A model generated the notes under the pieces. It saw only the letters and a list, made by a program, of their open reading frames with translations, did no database searches and was not told the origin of the DNA. This document shows positions 1 to 16,423 of a DNA stretch of 64,000 bases, piece after piece. A program made the translations under genes and the position numbers. Source of the stretch: Eledone cirrhosa (taxonomy: Eukaryota); assembly GCA_964016885.1 (NCBI GenBank), contig OZ024766.1, positions 5,704,001 to 5,768,000 on the forward strand. The letters are read 5' to 3'. Position 1 is the stretch's first letter. Every line of letters begins with the position of its first letter.

Positions 1-48
1 GTTTTATAAGACATGGCTGATACTTGTGGTCCAATACATACTGGATGC
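1..48 (-). CDS. Coding exon 8 (runs off window) of the ependymin/LolA-like gene
   Basis: ttccag|GC ATC CAG TAT...; (G)IQYVLDHKYQPCLIK; phase matches exon 7. Confidence 0.72.
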
Positions 49-69
49 CTGGAAATAGCAGCAGGGAGA

Positions 70-1316
70 TGTGTAGTGGTGGTGGTGGTGGTGTAGTGGT
101 GGTGGTGTGGTGGTGGTGTGCTAGTGGTGGTGATGTAGTGGTGGTGGTGTAGTGGTGGTGGTGTTGGTGGTGGTGTAGTGGTGTGGTGGTGTTAGTGTGG
201 TGGTGGTGGTGTACTAGTGGTGGTGTAGTGGCATTGGTGGTGGTGGTGTGGTGGTGTAGTGGTGGTGGTGTAGTGGTGGTGGTGGTGTGGTGGTGTAGTG
301 GTGGTGGTGGTGTAGTGGTGGTGGTGTAGTGGTGGTGGCGGTGTGGTTTAGTGGTGGTGGTGGTTTAGTGGTGGTGGTGTAGAGGTGGTGGTGTTGGTGG
401 TGGTGTAGTGGTGTTGGTGGTGGTGTAGTGGTGGTGTGATGTAGTGGTGGTGTGATGTAGTGGTGGTGGTATAGTGGTGCTGGTGTAGTGGTGCTGGTAG
501 TGGTGGTGTAGTGGTGGTGTGATGTAGTGGTGGTGGTATAGTCATGGTGGTGGTGTGTTGGTGGTGGTGGTGGTGGTAGTGGTGGTGGTGTGTTGGTGTT
601 GGTGGTGGTGTAGTGGTGGTGGTGTGTTGGTGGTGGTGGTGGTGTAGTGGTGCTGGTGGTGGTGGTGTAGTAGTGGTGGTAGTGGTAGTGTGATGTAGTG
701 GTGTAGTGGTGCTGGTAGTGGTGGTGTAGTGGTGGTGTAGTGGTGGTGTGGTGGTGTAGTGGTGGTGGTGTGGTGGTGTAGTGGTGGTGGTGTAGTGGTG
801 TAGTGGTGGTGGTAGTGGTGGTGTAGTGGTGTAGTGGTGGTGGTGTAGTGGTGCTGGTAGTGGTGTAGTGGTGGTGGTAGTGGTGTAGTGGTGCTGGTAG
901 TGGTGGTGTAGTGGTGTAGTGGTGGTGTAGTGGTGTAGTGGTGGTGGTGTAGTGGTGCTGGTAGTGGTGTAGTGGTGGTGTAGTGGTGGTGTGGTGGTGT
1001 AGTGGTGGTGGTGTGGTGGTGTAGTGGTGGTGGTGTAGTGGTGTAGTGGTGGTGGTAGTGGTGGTGTAGTGGTGTAGTGGTGGTGGTGTAGTGGTGCTGG
1101 TAGTGGTGTAGTGGTGGTGTAGTGGTGGTGTAGTGGTGGTGTAGTGGTGGTGGTGTGGTGGTGTAGTGGTGGTGGTAGTGGTGTAGTGGTGCTGGTGTAG
1201 TGGTGGTGGTGTGGTGGTGCTGGTAGTGGTGTAGTGGTGGTGTAGTGGTGCTGGTAGTGGTGTAGTGGTGGTGTAGTGGTGGTGTAGTGGTGGTGTAGTG
1301 GTGGTGGTGTGTTGGT
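70..1316. repeat. GTG/TAG trinucleotide-rich simple repeat (intronic)
   Basis: Degenerate (GTG)n with GTA interruptions. Confidence 0.9.
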
Positions 1317-1322
1317 ACTCAC

Positions 1323-1428
1323 CCAGTCTGTAGTCTGTGACCATACGGATGCTACGCTCCGAAGAGTTGGTGTGGATCTCCGGGTAAAACTCCATCCTCA
1401 TTAACTTCTCTTCCCAGTCGAATAGGAC
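1323..1428 (-). CDS. Coding exon 7 of the ependymin/LolA-like gene
   Basis: ttccag|GTC...CTGG|gtgagt; VLFDWEEKLMRMEFYPEIHTNSSERSIRMVTDYRL; 106 nt. Confidence 0.8.
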
Positions 1429-2042
1429 CTGGAAATATAGAGTGGGAGTGGGAGTGAGAGTGGGTGAGTGTGAGTGTGAGTGTGGGTGAGTGTGAGTGGG
1501 TGTGGGTGAGTGGGAGTGGGTGTGGGTGAGTGGGCGTGTGGATGAGTATGAGTGTGAGTGGGTGTGGGTGAGTGGGCGTGGGAGTGTAGGTGAGTGTGAG
1601 TGGGTGAGTGGGAGTGTGGAAATGTGGGTGAGTGGGAGTGGGTGTGGGTGAGTGGGCGTGAGTGGGCGAGCGTGGGTGAGTGGGAGTGGGTGAACGTGAA
1701 TGTGGGTGAACATGAGTGAAGGTGAGTGTGAGTGGGTGTGGGTGAGTGGGAGTGTAGGTGAGTGTGAGTGGGTGAATGGGAGTGCGGGTGAGTGTGACTG
1801 AAGGTGCGCGGGTGAGTGTGTGGGAGGGTCTGGGTGAGTGTGAGATTGAGTGAGGGTGGCTGATGGAGTGGGAGAGATAGAGCGAAAGAGAGGGTGAAAG
1901 TGTTGGAATGGAGAGCGAGACAGAGAGTGAGAGAGAGAGTGGGTGAGTGTGGTTGGGAGTGAGAGTGTATGAGTGAGTGGTAGTGGGAGAGTGAGAGTGA
2001 AACAACAACAACAACAACAACAACAGTAACAAGTATACTTAC

Positions 2043-2165
2043 ATTAAAGACCGAGAGTCTGTGGTTGTGGGTGTTTATAATCTCCCCGTGGGTAGTAAAC
2101 TGGGGTAAGACATTGGGTAACTTGTGGTAGTATATACTACGGTTGCACACCACGCCCTGGGGTAT
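2043..2165 (-). CDS. Coding exon 6 of the ependymin/LolA-like gene
   Basis: ttacag|ATA...AAT|gtaagt; IPQGVVCNRSIYYHKLPNVLPQFTTHGEIINTHNHRLSVFN; 123 nt. Confidence 0.8.
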
Positions 2166-2227
2166 CTGTAATAGAAAGATGTGGGTAAGGGGTCATATAT
2201 ACAGGGCCTGTACATTGGGGGTGGAGT

Positions 2228-2950
2228 TAACACCCTAGGTTAGCTCTACAAGGTGTGCCTGGGTATTTAACACCCTAAGCTAGCTCTACAAGGTGTACCT
2301 GGGTATTTAACACCCTAGGTTAGCTCTACAAGGTGTACCTGGGTATTTAACACCCTAGGTTAGCTCTACAAGGTGTACCTGGGTATTTAACACCCTAGGC
2401 TAGCTCTACAATGTGTACCTGGGTATTTAACACCCCTAGGTTAGCTCTACAATGTATACCTGGGTATTTAACACCCCTAGGTTAGCTCTACAATGTATTC
2501 CTGGGTATTTAACACCCTAGGTTAGCTCTACAATGTATTCCTGGGTATTTAACACCCTAGGCTAGCTCTACAATGTATACCTGGGTATTTAACAACCTAG
2601 GCTAGCTCTACAATGTGTACCTGTGTATTTAACACCCTAGGCTAGCTCTACAATATATACCTGGGTATTTAACACCCGAGGCTAGCTCTACAATGTCTAC
2701 CTGGGTATTTAGCACCCTAGGCTAGCTCTACAATGTCTACCTGGGTATTTAGCACCCTAGGTTAGCTCTACAATATATACCTGGGTATTTAACACCCGAG
2801 GCTAGCTCTACAATGTCTACCTGGGTATTTAGCACCCTAGGTTAGCTCTACAATATATATCTGGGTATTTAACACCCGAGGCTAGCTCTACAATATATAC
2901 CTGGGTATTTAACACCCTAGGTTAGCTCTACAATGTTTATCTGGGTATTT
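2228..2950. repeat. 40-bp minisatellite, ~18 copies, intronic
   Basis: Unit ttaacaccctaggttagctctacaatgtgtacctgggtat. Confidence 0.92.
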
Positions 2951-2972
2951 TGTGAGAAATATTTTCACCTAC

Positions 2973-3067
2973 CTGAAATACCTCGTCTTTAATTACAGGT
3001 GTTGGATTAAAGGTGAGAAACTGGTAGATGTAGGTAAAGGGTTCCTTATTACCGTTGAGTGTTTTCA
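2973..3067 (-). CDS. Coding exon 5 of the ependymin/LolA-like gene
   Basis: ttgcag|TG...CAG|gtaggt; (V)KTLNGNKEPFTYIYQFLTFNPTPVIKDEVFQ; 95 nt. Confidence 0.8.
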
Positions 3068-3589
3068 CTGCAATACAGGTTGGTAAATAGATGGAGAGGT
3101 GGATAGAAAGAGTAACTGTTAGATAATATATATGTGTGTATGTGTGTGTGTATGTGTGTGTATGTGTGTATCTGTGTGTATCTGTGTGTATATATGTGTA
3201 TGCATGTATGTGTGTGTATATATGTCTGTTCTGTTCTGTATGCGTGTTTGTATATATATATATATATATATATGTGTGTTTGTATATATATATATATATG
3301 TGTGTGTGTATGTATGTGTATATATGTGTATGTATGTATGTATGTGTATATATGTCTGTTCTGTTCTGTATGTGTGTATGTGTGTTTGTATATATATATA
3401 TATATATATGTATATGTGTGTATATATGTATGTGTGTATATGTAAGTGTGTGTATGCGTGTATATATGTATGTGTGTGTATGTAAGTGTGTGTATGCGTG
3501 TATATATGTATGTAAGTGTGTGTATGTGTGTATATATGTATGTGTGTGTATGTAAGTGTGTGTATGCGTGTATATATGTATGTAGGTGT

Positions 3590-3628
<39 letters not shown>

Positions 3629-4090
3629 TATGTGTGTGTATGTAAGTGTGTGTATGTAAGTGTGTGTATGTGTGTATATGTGTATGTGCGTGTATGTAAG
3701 TGTGTGTATGTGTGTATATATGTATGTGAGTGTATGTGTATGTAGGTGTGTGTATGTGTGTATGTGTGTGTATGTAAGTGTGTGTATGTGTGTATATATG
3801 TATGTGAGTGTATGTAGGTGTGTGTATGTGTGTGTGTGTGTGTGTATGTAAGTGTGTGTATGTGTGTATGTGTGTTTATGTAAGTGTGTGTATGTGTGTG
3901 TGTGTATGTAAGTGTGTGTATGCGTGTATATATGTATGTGAGTGTATGTATGTGTGTATATATGTATGTGAGTGTATGTAAGTGTGTGTATGTGTGTATA
4001 TATGTATGTGAGTGTATGTAGGTGTGTGTATGTGTGTGTGTATGTGTGTATGTGTGTTTATGTAAGTGTGTGTATGTGTGTATAACTCAC

Positions 4091-4235
4091 CCATCCCCTT
4101 CATTTCCACCCGGACTGGTCCACTAATGTGAAGGGGTGTAAAGGAGGTGTCGTCCCGTAGGTAATAGTCCACAGACATGTTAAGGGTCGGTTGGCAGACA
4201 CAGCTACGTACTGTCTTCACGGCGATACCATCGAT
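4091..4235 (-). CDS. Coding exon 4 of the ependymin/LolA-like gene
   Basis: aacag|ATC...ATGG|gtgagt; IDGIAVKTVRSCVCQPTLNMSVDYYLRDDTSFTPLHISGPVRVEMKGM; 145 nt. Confidence 0.8.
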
Positions 4236-4429
4236 CTGTTGGGGGATGGATTAGAGAAACTAGGTAGCTGTTTGTTAAGGCTTTGTCAGAGAAAGAGAGA
4301 GAGGGGGGGGGACATAGAGAAGGAGAGAGAAAATGATAGGAGGAGAGAGTGAGAGGGGAGAAAGAGAGTGATAGAGAGAGAGAGAGAGGGGGATAGGGAG
4401 AGAGTGTGAGGGAGAGAGAGTGGGCAGCA

Positions 4430-4647
4430 TGAGAGAGAGAGAGAGAGAGAGAGATATGTAGATAGACAAACAGACAGATAGACAGACAGACAGAGAGACA
4501 GACAGAAAGACAGAGAGACAGACAAAGAGACAGAGAGACAGACAGAGAGACAGAGAGACAGACAGAGAGACAGACAGAGAGACAGAGAGACAGACAAAGA
4601 GACAGACAGAGAGACAGACAAAGAGACAGACAGAGAGACAGACAGAC

Positions 4648-4682
<35 letters not shown>

Positions 4683-4695
4683 CAGACAGAGAGAC

Positions 4696-4730
<35 letters not shown>

Positions 4731-4883
4731 CAGAGAGAGAGACAGACAGAGAGAGAGACAGACAGAGAGACAGACAGACAGAGAGACAGACAGACAGAGA
4801 GACAGACAGAGAGACAGAGAGACAGACAGACAGAGAGACAGACAGACAGACAGACAGAGAGACAAAGAGACAGACAGAGAGAC

Positions 4884-4918
<35 letters not shown>

Positions 4919-5039
4919 CAGAGAGACAGACAGACAGAGAGACAGACAGACAGAGAGACAGACAGAGAGACAGAGAGACAGACAGACAGAGAGACAGACA
5001 GACAGACAGACAGAGAGACAAAGAGACAGACAGAGAGAC

Positions 5040-5074
<35 letters not shown>

Positions 5075-5790
5075 CAGAGAGACAGACAGACAGAGAGACA
5101 GACAGACAGAGAGACAGACAGAGAGACAGAGAGACAGAGAGACAGACAGAGAGACAGACAGACAGAGAGACAGAGAGACAGAGAGACAGACAGAGAGACA
5201 GAGAGACAGAGAGACAGACAGACAGGCAGGCAGACAGACAGACAGAGAGACAGACAGAGAGACAGAGAGACAGACAAAGAGACAGAGAGACAGACAGAGA
5301 GACAGAGAGACAGAGAGACAGACAGAGAGACAGAGAGAGAGACAGACAGACAGACAAAGAGACAGACAGAGAGACAGAGAGACAGAGAGACAGACAGAGA
5401 GACAGAGAGACAGACAGACAGAGAGACAGACCGACAGACAGACAGACAAAGAGACAGACAGAGAGACAGACAGACAGAGAGACAGACAGAGAGACAGACA
5501 GAGAGACAGACAGACAAAGAGACAGAGAGACAGACAGACAGAGAGGCAGAGAGACAGACAGACAGACAGACAAAGAGACAGACAAAGAGACAGAGAGACA
5601 GACAGAGAGACAGACAGACAGACAAAGAGACAGACAGAGAGACAGAGAGACAGACAGAGAGACAGACAGACAGAGAGACAGACAGAGAGACAGACAGATA
5701 GACAGACAGATAGACAGACAGACAGACAGACAGAGAGAGAGACATACAGACAAACAGAGTGACAGTCAGACAGAGTGACAGACAGACAGA
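4430..5790. repeat. (GACA/GAGA)n compound microsatellite
   Basis: Direct reading; source of the SLC-rich ORFs. Confidence 0.92.
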
Positions 5791-5796
5791 ACTTAC

Positions 5797-5915
5797 AACA
5801 GTGTCGGCTACTTGTGTGAGGTAATTCATATTTAGTTTGAAAATATCAACAGAACTCTTCCAGGGTAGATCAACATTAGGGTGAGTGGCGAGGTGGTTTA
5901 CCCAGCAGGAGGTGG
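5797..5915 (-). CDS. Coding exon 3 of the ependymin/LolA-like gene
   Basis: ttacag|CC...GTT|gtaagt; (A)TSCWVNHLATHPNVDLPWKSSVDIFKLNMNYLTQVADTV; 119 nt. Confidence 0.78.
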
Positions 5916-5961
5916 CTGTAACAATAGAAATAACACATATAACATATATATATATATATAT

Positions 5962-6960
5962 AGTCCACGCTGTAATGTGGCCGTGTAGGCAACACGGTAA
6001 AAACCTCCCAGCCCCACACTGTAAATGTGGTTGGTGTTAGGAAGGGCATCCAGCTGTAGAAAACCCGCCAGACAGTCCACGCTGTAATGTGGCCGTGTAG
6101 GTAACACGGTAAAAACACACAGTCCACGCTGTAATGTGGCCGTGTAGGCAACACGGTAAAAACACACAGTCCACGCTGTAATGAGGCCGTGTAGGTAACA
6201 CGGTAAAAACACACAGTCCACGCTGTAATGTGGCCGTGTAGGTAACACGGCAAAAACACACAGTCCACGCTGTAATGTGGCCGTGTAGGTAACACGGTAA
6301 AAACACACAGCCCACGCTGTAATGTGGCCGTGTAGGTAACACGGTAAAAACACACAGTCCACGCTGTAATGTGGCCGTGTAGGTAACACGGTAAAAACAC
6401 AGAGTCCACGCTGTAATGTGGCCGTGTAGGCAACACGGTAAAAACACACAGTCCACGCTGTAATGTGGCCGTGTAGGTAACACGGTAAAAACACACAGTC
6501 CACGCTGTAATGTGGCCGTGTAGGTAACACGGTAAAAACACACAGTCCACACTGTAATGTGGCCGTGTAGGTAACACGGTAAAAACACACAGTCCACGCT
6601 GTAATGTGGCCGTGTAGGTAACACGGTAAAAACACACAGTCCACGCTGTAATGTGGCCGTGTAGGTAACACGGTAAAAACACACAGTCCACGCTGTAATG
6701 TGGCCGTGTAGGTAACACGGTAAAAACACACAGTCCACACTGTAATGTGGCCGTGTAGGCAACACGGTAAAAACCTCCCAGTCCACACTGTAATGTGGTT
6801 GGTGTTAGGAAGGGCATCCAGCCGTAGAAAACCTGCCAGACAGTCCTATACGAGTGAGACAAGGTCACCCGACCAACCTTGCCTCAAGTGGGACAACCCC
6901 TGTCTAAACCCATGCTAGCGTGGAAGATAGACGTTAAACGATGGTGATGATGATGATGAT
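5962..6960 (+). mobile_element. SINE body/tail with an internally amplified 47-bp unit (~15 copies)
   Basis: Unit cagtccacgctgtaatgtggccgtgtaggtaacacggtaaaaacaca, followed by the shared tail gttggtgttaggaagggcatccagccgtagaaa...gacgttaaacgatgg(tga)n. Confidence 0.75.
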
Positions 6961-7167
6961 ATATACATATATACATATATATATATATACATATATACAT
7001 ATATATATATATACATATATACACATATATATATACATATATACATACATATATACATATATACATACATACATATATCCATATATATATATATATACAT
7101 ATATATACATATACATATATATACATACATATATCCATATATATATATATATATACATATATATACA

Positions 7168-7201
<34 letters not shown>

Positions 7202-7400
7202 TACACATATATACATATATACATACATACATATACATATATACATACATACATATATACATACATACATATATACATATATACATACATACATATATAC
7301 ATATATACATACATACATATATACATATATACATACATACATATATACATATAAATATATATATACACATATATACATATATACATACATACATATATAC

Positions 7401-7435
<35 letters not shown>

Positions 7436-7755
7436 CAGACATGCAGGAGTGGGGTAGTTTTATAAGCATGAGATTAACCTATTTAAACGCAGGTCACAAG
7501 ACCAAGATATGTATTTGTATGTGTATGTACATATATACACATATATGTACATGTGTGTATGTGTATATAAATATATATATATATACACACATATGTACAT
7601 ACATATACACACACACTATTTTGGACAGTATGTAATGGGTTATTTTACCCTGTCTGTCTATCTATCTGTCTAGCTGTCTGAGTCTGTCTGTCTTTCTGTC
7701 TCTCAATTTGTCCCTCTGTCCCTCTGTCTGTCTATCTGTCCCTCTATCTATCTAT

Positions 7756-8207
7756 ATGAAAGAGGTTGTATGGTGGACGAGGTTAAAGGGGCTGAGGTCA
7801 GACACCTTTCTCTCCGGCCAACAACTGATCCTTTTTTTCAAATACCACTTTGGAAGAAGAGTCAGGATGGAGAGAGAGGTGCTGTACCCCAGCAAGTTTT
7901 ATGAAAGGTGGGTGAAAGTGGCGAGAATGGCCCGAGTGAATGGGCCTTCTCTCTATATCAGCCTGTAGGTTGAGGAAAAGGAGGAAGAGAGGAAAGGAGT
8001 ACAAACTCTTCGTACTCCTGGAGATGAGGGTTGCACATTTTTTCGGGGGTATGTGTTACCCATATGAACTGTCTCCCCCTATTGGGGAAAAAAATCGATT
8101 AATTTTTAAATTGCATTTGTGATAATATTTTACATGTTTTTATTGTATGTAAACTTCCCCCTTTGTATTTGTCCCCTTCTTTTGTGCCCCTGTGGCTAAT
8201 AAAGAAA
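7756..8207 (+). mobile_element. 5'-truncated non-LTR retrotransposon (Tx1/L1-like) ORF2 C-terminus plus 3' UTR
   Basis: MKEVVWWTRLKGLRSDTFLSGQQLILFFKYHFGRRVRMEREVL...FYERWVKVARMARVNGPSLYISL*, then UTR ending aataaagaaa; paralog at 18972-19507; (TCTA)n on both sides. Confidence 0.7.
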
Positions 8208-8343
8208 CATATCTATCTATCTATGTATCTATCTATCTATCTATTGATCTACCTCTCTACCTATCTATCTATCTATCTGTCTGTCCCTCTATCTAACTGT
8301 CTCTATGTGTCAAATATAAAATGGAGGACTATGTTCTGCTCAC

Positions 8344-8482
8344 CGTTGTGAAATACAATCGTTTGGTGTTTATAATCAATAATTTGAGTTGTCCTTTGAT
8401 TATGTTGACCATGGACAGTGATTGAACCTGCTTTCCGGATGTTCATGTCGTAATATTCCTCTACAAGGGTCGTCCTGTTCCT
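8344..8482 (-). CDS. Coding exon 2 of the ependymin/LolA-like gene
   Basis: acag|AGG...AACG|gtgagc; [46 protein letters not shown]; 139 nt. Confidence 0.78.
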
Positions 8483-8599
8483 CTGTTGTCACAGCATTAG
8501 TGGTGAGGGTCATGGACGGACACAGCATAAAGATTTGAGAAAATATGAGAAGAGGAAAGTAGAGAAAAATTAGTGTTGTGTCTTCAGGTATAGTTTCAC

Positions 8600-11575
<2,976 letters not shown>

Positions 11576-11620
11576 TTGCATTTTAATAGGGTACGTCAAA
11601 GCTTATTTGTAAAACTGTTA

Positions 11621-11698
11621 TATATTGTATTTTGTCTGATGAAGGCATACCATAATTTAATTTGGTATCCCTGAAATATGTATAATGAAATAAATATG
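11621..11698 (+). ncRNA. Minimal type I hammerhead ribozyme (family A, copy 1)
   Basis: tattttgt-CTGATGA-aggcatacca..tggtatccct-GAAA-tatgta-TA-atgaaata; stems I and II pair; predicted cleavage after 11684. Confidence 0.75.
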
Positions 11699-11819
11699 GT
11701 TTTATAAATATAGTTTCCATTTATTAATATTGTATATTTACTCCAAATACTTGTCAAGTGCTTTATATCAGTTATAAAATATTTACTTGTTGTATCCCAA
11801 CAATTTTAAATAGAACTTT

Positions 11820-11866
<47 letters not shown>

Positions 11867-12246
11867 AAGCAAATTATAAACATAAACATGTAAGTATGTT
11901 TTTGAAACGGTGCGCGAGTTTGAAATTAGAAATTAGAAATTATAAGCGTTCACTGTATTTTAGACTAAAGAAATTTCTAGCCTGATAGTGGGGTTTATAA
12001 CCCTCGGAGAAATGGAAAAAGATGAGTGTTGCCAGGAGCTGGACATATTGATTATATGTGTGTGTGTGTATGCATATATGTGTATGTGTGTGTATATAAG
12101 AACACATATATATATATATATGCAAAAGTTCTATTTAAAATTGTTGGGATACAACAAGTAAATATTTTATAACTGATATAAAGCACTCGACAAGTATTTG
12201 GAGTAGATATACGATATTAAATAAATGGAAACTATATTTATAAAAC

Positions 12247-12324
12247 CATATTTATTTCATTATACATATTTCAGGGATACCAAATTAAAATATGGTATGC
12301 CTTCATCAGACAAAATACAATATA
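12247..12324 (-). ncRNA. Minimal type I hammerhead ribozyme (family A, copy 2)
   Basis: Reverse complement of the motif at 11621 and 12422. Confidence 0.75.
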
Positions 12325-12421
12325 TAAACAGTTTTATAAATAATTTTGACTATCCAGACAGCTTCCAAAAATAATGGTTGCATCTAATAGGGTACATCAA
12401 AATTATTTATAAAACTGTTTA

Positions 12422-12500
12422 TATATTGTATTTTGTCTGATGAAGGCATACCATATTTTAATTTGGTATCCCTGAAATATGTATAATGAAATAAATATGG
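12422..12500 (+). ncRNA. Minimal type I hammerhead ribozyme (family A, copy 3)
   Basis: tattttgt-CTGATGA-aggcatacca..tggtatccct-GAAA-tatgta-TA-atgaaata. Confidence 0.75.
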
Positions 12501-12695
12501 TTTTATAAATATAGTTTCCATTTATTTAATATCGTATATATATATATATAAGAATTAAAATACTAGAGTGCGTTGGAGTAAAACACACTCGTCGTATTAT
12601 AGAATTGACAGTATAGGATATAGCTCGATGTAATACAACAGAGCCGAAAAATTATAAAAATAGACAAAGAAGCCTACAATACATCAAAAGTCTTT

Positions 12696-12740
12696 ATTAG
12701 CCTACAATGTTTCGTCCTATTAAGGACTCATCAGGGCAAT
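12696..12740 (-). ncRNA. Minimal type I hammerhead ribozyme (family B)
   Basis: Minus strand: attgcc-CTGATGA-gtcct-taat-aggac-GAAA-cattg-TA-ggctaat; perfect 5-bp stem II; predicted cleavage between 12703 and 12702. Confidence 0.8.
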
Positions 12741-12775
12741 TAAACACTCAATACTTAGGGTAGTAGAGGGGGTAA

Positions 12776-12886
12776 TAGGAACGAGTAGGACCCCGACGGC
12801 TGAGCTCAAGCCGTTTCGACGGCTATTTTAGTCCAGAATTAGCCGTGGATACGGCTTGAGCTCAGCCGTCGGGGTCCTACTCGTTC

Positions 12887-12923
<37 letters not shown>

Positions 12924-13097
12924 TATATATATATATATACACTTACATATATACATATATATATATAGGAACGAGTAGGACCCCGACGGCTGAGCTCAAG
13001 CCGTTTCGACGGCTCATTCTGGACTAAAAATATTTTTAGTCCAGAATTAGCCGTCGAAACGGCTTGAGCTCAGCCGTCGGGGTCCTACTCGTTCCTA
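12776..13097. repeat. Two GC-rich fold-back hairpins (~50-bp arms) in (TA)n
   Basis: taggaacgagtaggaccccgacggctgagctcaagccgtttcgacggct followed by its reverse complement, at 12776-12889 and 12966-13097. Confidence 0.85.
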
Positions 13098-13133
<36 letters not shown>

Positions 13134-13159
13134 CACTTACATATATACATATATATATA

Positions 13160-13207
13160 TATACACTGACAAATCAAACTTACCTTGTTAAATAGGTATG
13201 TGTGTGT

Positions 13208-13242
<35 letters not shown>

Positions 13243-13428
13243 TCTGGAACTAGCTGTTGAAACAGAAGGAGCTCAGCCGTCGGGGTCCTACGCGTTCCTA
13301 TATATATATATATATATATATACACTTACATATATACATATATATACACTTACATATATACACTTACATATATACATATATATACACTGACAAATCAAAC
13401 TTACCTTGTTAAATAGGTATGTGTGTGT

Positions 13429-13465
<37 letters not shown>

Positions 13466-13643
13466 TCTGGAACTAGCTGTTGAAACAGAAGGAGCTCAGC
13501 CGTCGGGGTCCTACGCGTTCCTATATATATATATATATATATACACTTACATATATATATACACTTACATATATACACTTACATATATACATATATATAC
13601 ACTGACAAATCAAACTTACCTTGTTAAATAGGTATGTGTGTGT

Positions 13644-13678
<35 letters not shown>

Positions 13679-13868
13679 TCTGGAACTAGCTGTTGAAACA
13701 GAAGGAGCTCAGCCGTCGGGGTCCTACGCGTTCCTATATATATATATATATATATATACACACTTACATATATACATATATATATACACTTACATATATA
13801 CACTTACATATATACATATATATACACTGACAAATCAAACTTACCTTGTTAAATAGGTATGTGTGTGT

Positions 13869-13899
<31 letters not shown>

Positions 13900-14296
13900 A
13901 GTCTGGAACTAGCTGTTGAAACAGAAGGAGCTCAGCCGTCGGGGTCCTACGCGTTCCTATATATATATATATATATACACTTACATATATACATATATAT
14001 ATACACTTACATATATACACTTACATATATACATATATATACACTGACAAATCAAACTTACCTTGTTAAATAGGTATGTGTGTGTGTTTATATATATATA
14101 TATATATATAAGTCTGGAACTAGCTGTTGAAACAGAAGGAGCTCAGCCGTCGGGGTCCTACGCGTTCCTATATATATATATATATATATACACTTACATA
14201 TATACATATATATACACTTACATATATACACTTACATATATACATATATATACACTGACAAATCAAACTTACCTTGTTAAATAGGTATGTGTGTGT

Positions 14297-14351
<55 letters not shown>

Positions 14352-14400
14352 TCTGGAACTAGCTGTTGAAACAGAAGGAGCTCAGCTGTCGGGGTCTTGA
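13160..14400. repeat. ~215-bp tandem repeat (6 copies) with internal (TA)n
   Basis: actgacaaatcaaacttaccttgttaaatagg...aagtctggaactagctgttgaaacagaaggagctcagccgtcggggtcctacgcgttcct. Confidence 0.9.
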
Positions 14401-14726
14401 CTCTTTATAAGGTATACATAGATAGATAGATATATATAGAGAGAGAGAGATAGATAGTAATGTTGTTGTTATAAGTGTTCTTATTGTTACTGTTTTTGTT
14501 GTTAAATTTGTAGTAATAGTAGTAGTAGTAGTAGCAGTAGTAGTAGCAGCAGTAGTAGTAGTAGTTGTAGTAGTAGTAGTAAGTAGTTGTAGTAGTAGTA
14601 GTAGTAGTAGCAGCAGCAGCAGCAGTATCCTCCGAGCCTCACAGTAGGTGTAATAGTTGTTATATGGTGGGTTGGTGCTGTTTGAGTGTCACTCCGAGTG
14701 TGAGTGGGATATATACAGTATATATA

Positions 14727-14779
<53 letters not shown>

Positions 14780-14780
14780 G

Positions 14781-14829
<49 letters not shown>

Positions 14830-14830
14830 G

Positions 14831-14897
<67 letters not shown>

Positions 14898-14903
14898 GTG
14901 TAT

Positions 14904-14949
<46 letters not shown>

Positions 14950-14965
14950 GTATATATATGCATAT

Positions 14966-15013
<48 letters not shown>

Positions 15014-15131
15014 GTATATATATGCATATATATATATATATATACATATATATATGCATATATATATACATATATATATACACATATATATCTATATATA
15101 CATATATATATATATACACATATATATATAC

Positions 15132-15179
<48 letters not shown>

Positions 15180-15207
15180 ATATATATACATATATATATA
15201 CATATAC

Positions 15208-15241
<34 letters not shown>

Positions 15242-15251
15242 ATACATATAC

Positions 15252-15285
<34 letters not shown>

Positions 15286-15411
15286 ATATACATATACATA
15301 TATATATACACATATATATATATACATATATATATATATACATATATATATATACATATGTATATATATATACATATATATACACACATATATATACATA
15401 TATATACACAT

Positions 15412-15445
<34 letters not shown>

Positions 15446-16198
15446 ATACACATATATATATACACACATATATATATACATATATATACATATATATATA
15501 CACTTCCAGTTAATCTTCTCGGTATGTAACACCACCACCACCATTTCACCCCAGCCCCAGAATTGTGACATCTTGGGTGACACTACAATCCCCCACCCCC
15601 CACCCCGTTCTGCCCCCCCTAACCACCCTCAGGGGATCAGCCAGGATTAGATACAACAACATACTTAAAGAGACTTGCAGCCTCTAGACGGTGGTGGAGG
15701 TGGTGTGGTGGAGGTGGTGGTGGAGGTGGTGGTGTTAGTTGTGGTGATGGTGGTGTAGTGGTAGTGTTGGTGGGGGTGGTGGAGGTGGAGGTGGTGTGGT
15801 GGTGGTGGAGGTGGTGGTGTTAGTTGTGGTGATGGTGGTGTTGGTGGAGGTGGTGGAGGTGGTGTGGTGGAGGTGGTGGTGTTAATTGTGGTGATGGTGG
15901 TGTCGTGGTGGTGTTGGTGGTGGTGGTGGTGTGGTGGTGGTGTTGGTGGAGGTGGTGGTGTTAGTTGTGGTGATGGTGGAGGTGGTGGTGGTGGTTATGT
16001 GGTTTAGTGGTGTTGGTGGCGCTGGTGTTAGAGTTGGTGGTAGTGGTGGTGGTTTTAGATGTGGTGTTGGTGGAGGTGGTGTCTACAGACAATGGGCAGA
16101 TTATAGACAAACAAAATGGTGGGAAGCGTGAGAAACTGAGGGATTAACAGAGAAAGACAACAACGGAATTTAAACAGCAACAGCACACACAAACACAC

Positions 16199-16245
<47 letters not shown>

Positions 16246-16423
16246 GTTGTAGTTCCTGTCTGTTTGTCTGTTTGTTCACGAACTCCTATGGTTTGGGAGA
16301 TAGACCCCCCCCCCCATAACCATATATATATTCTGAAACTACATTGCCCAGGGTACTTGGATATCAAGCGTTTACCTAATATATACCTTCCATATCCTGT
16401 ACCGATTGTGTTGTTATTTCTGT

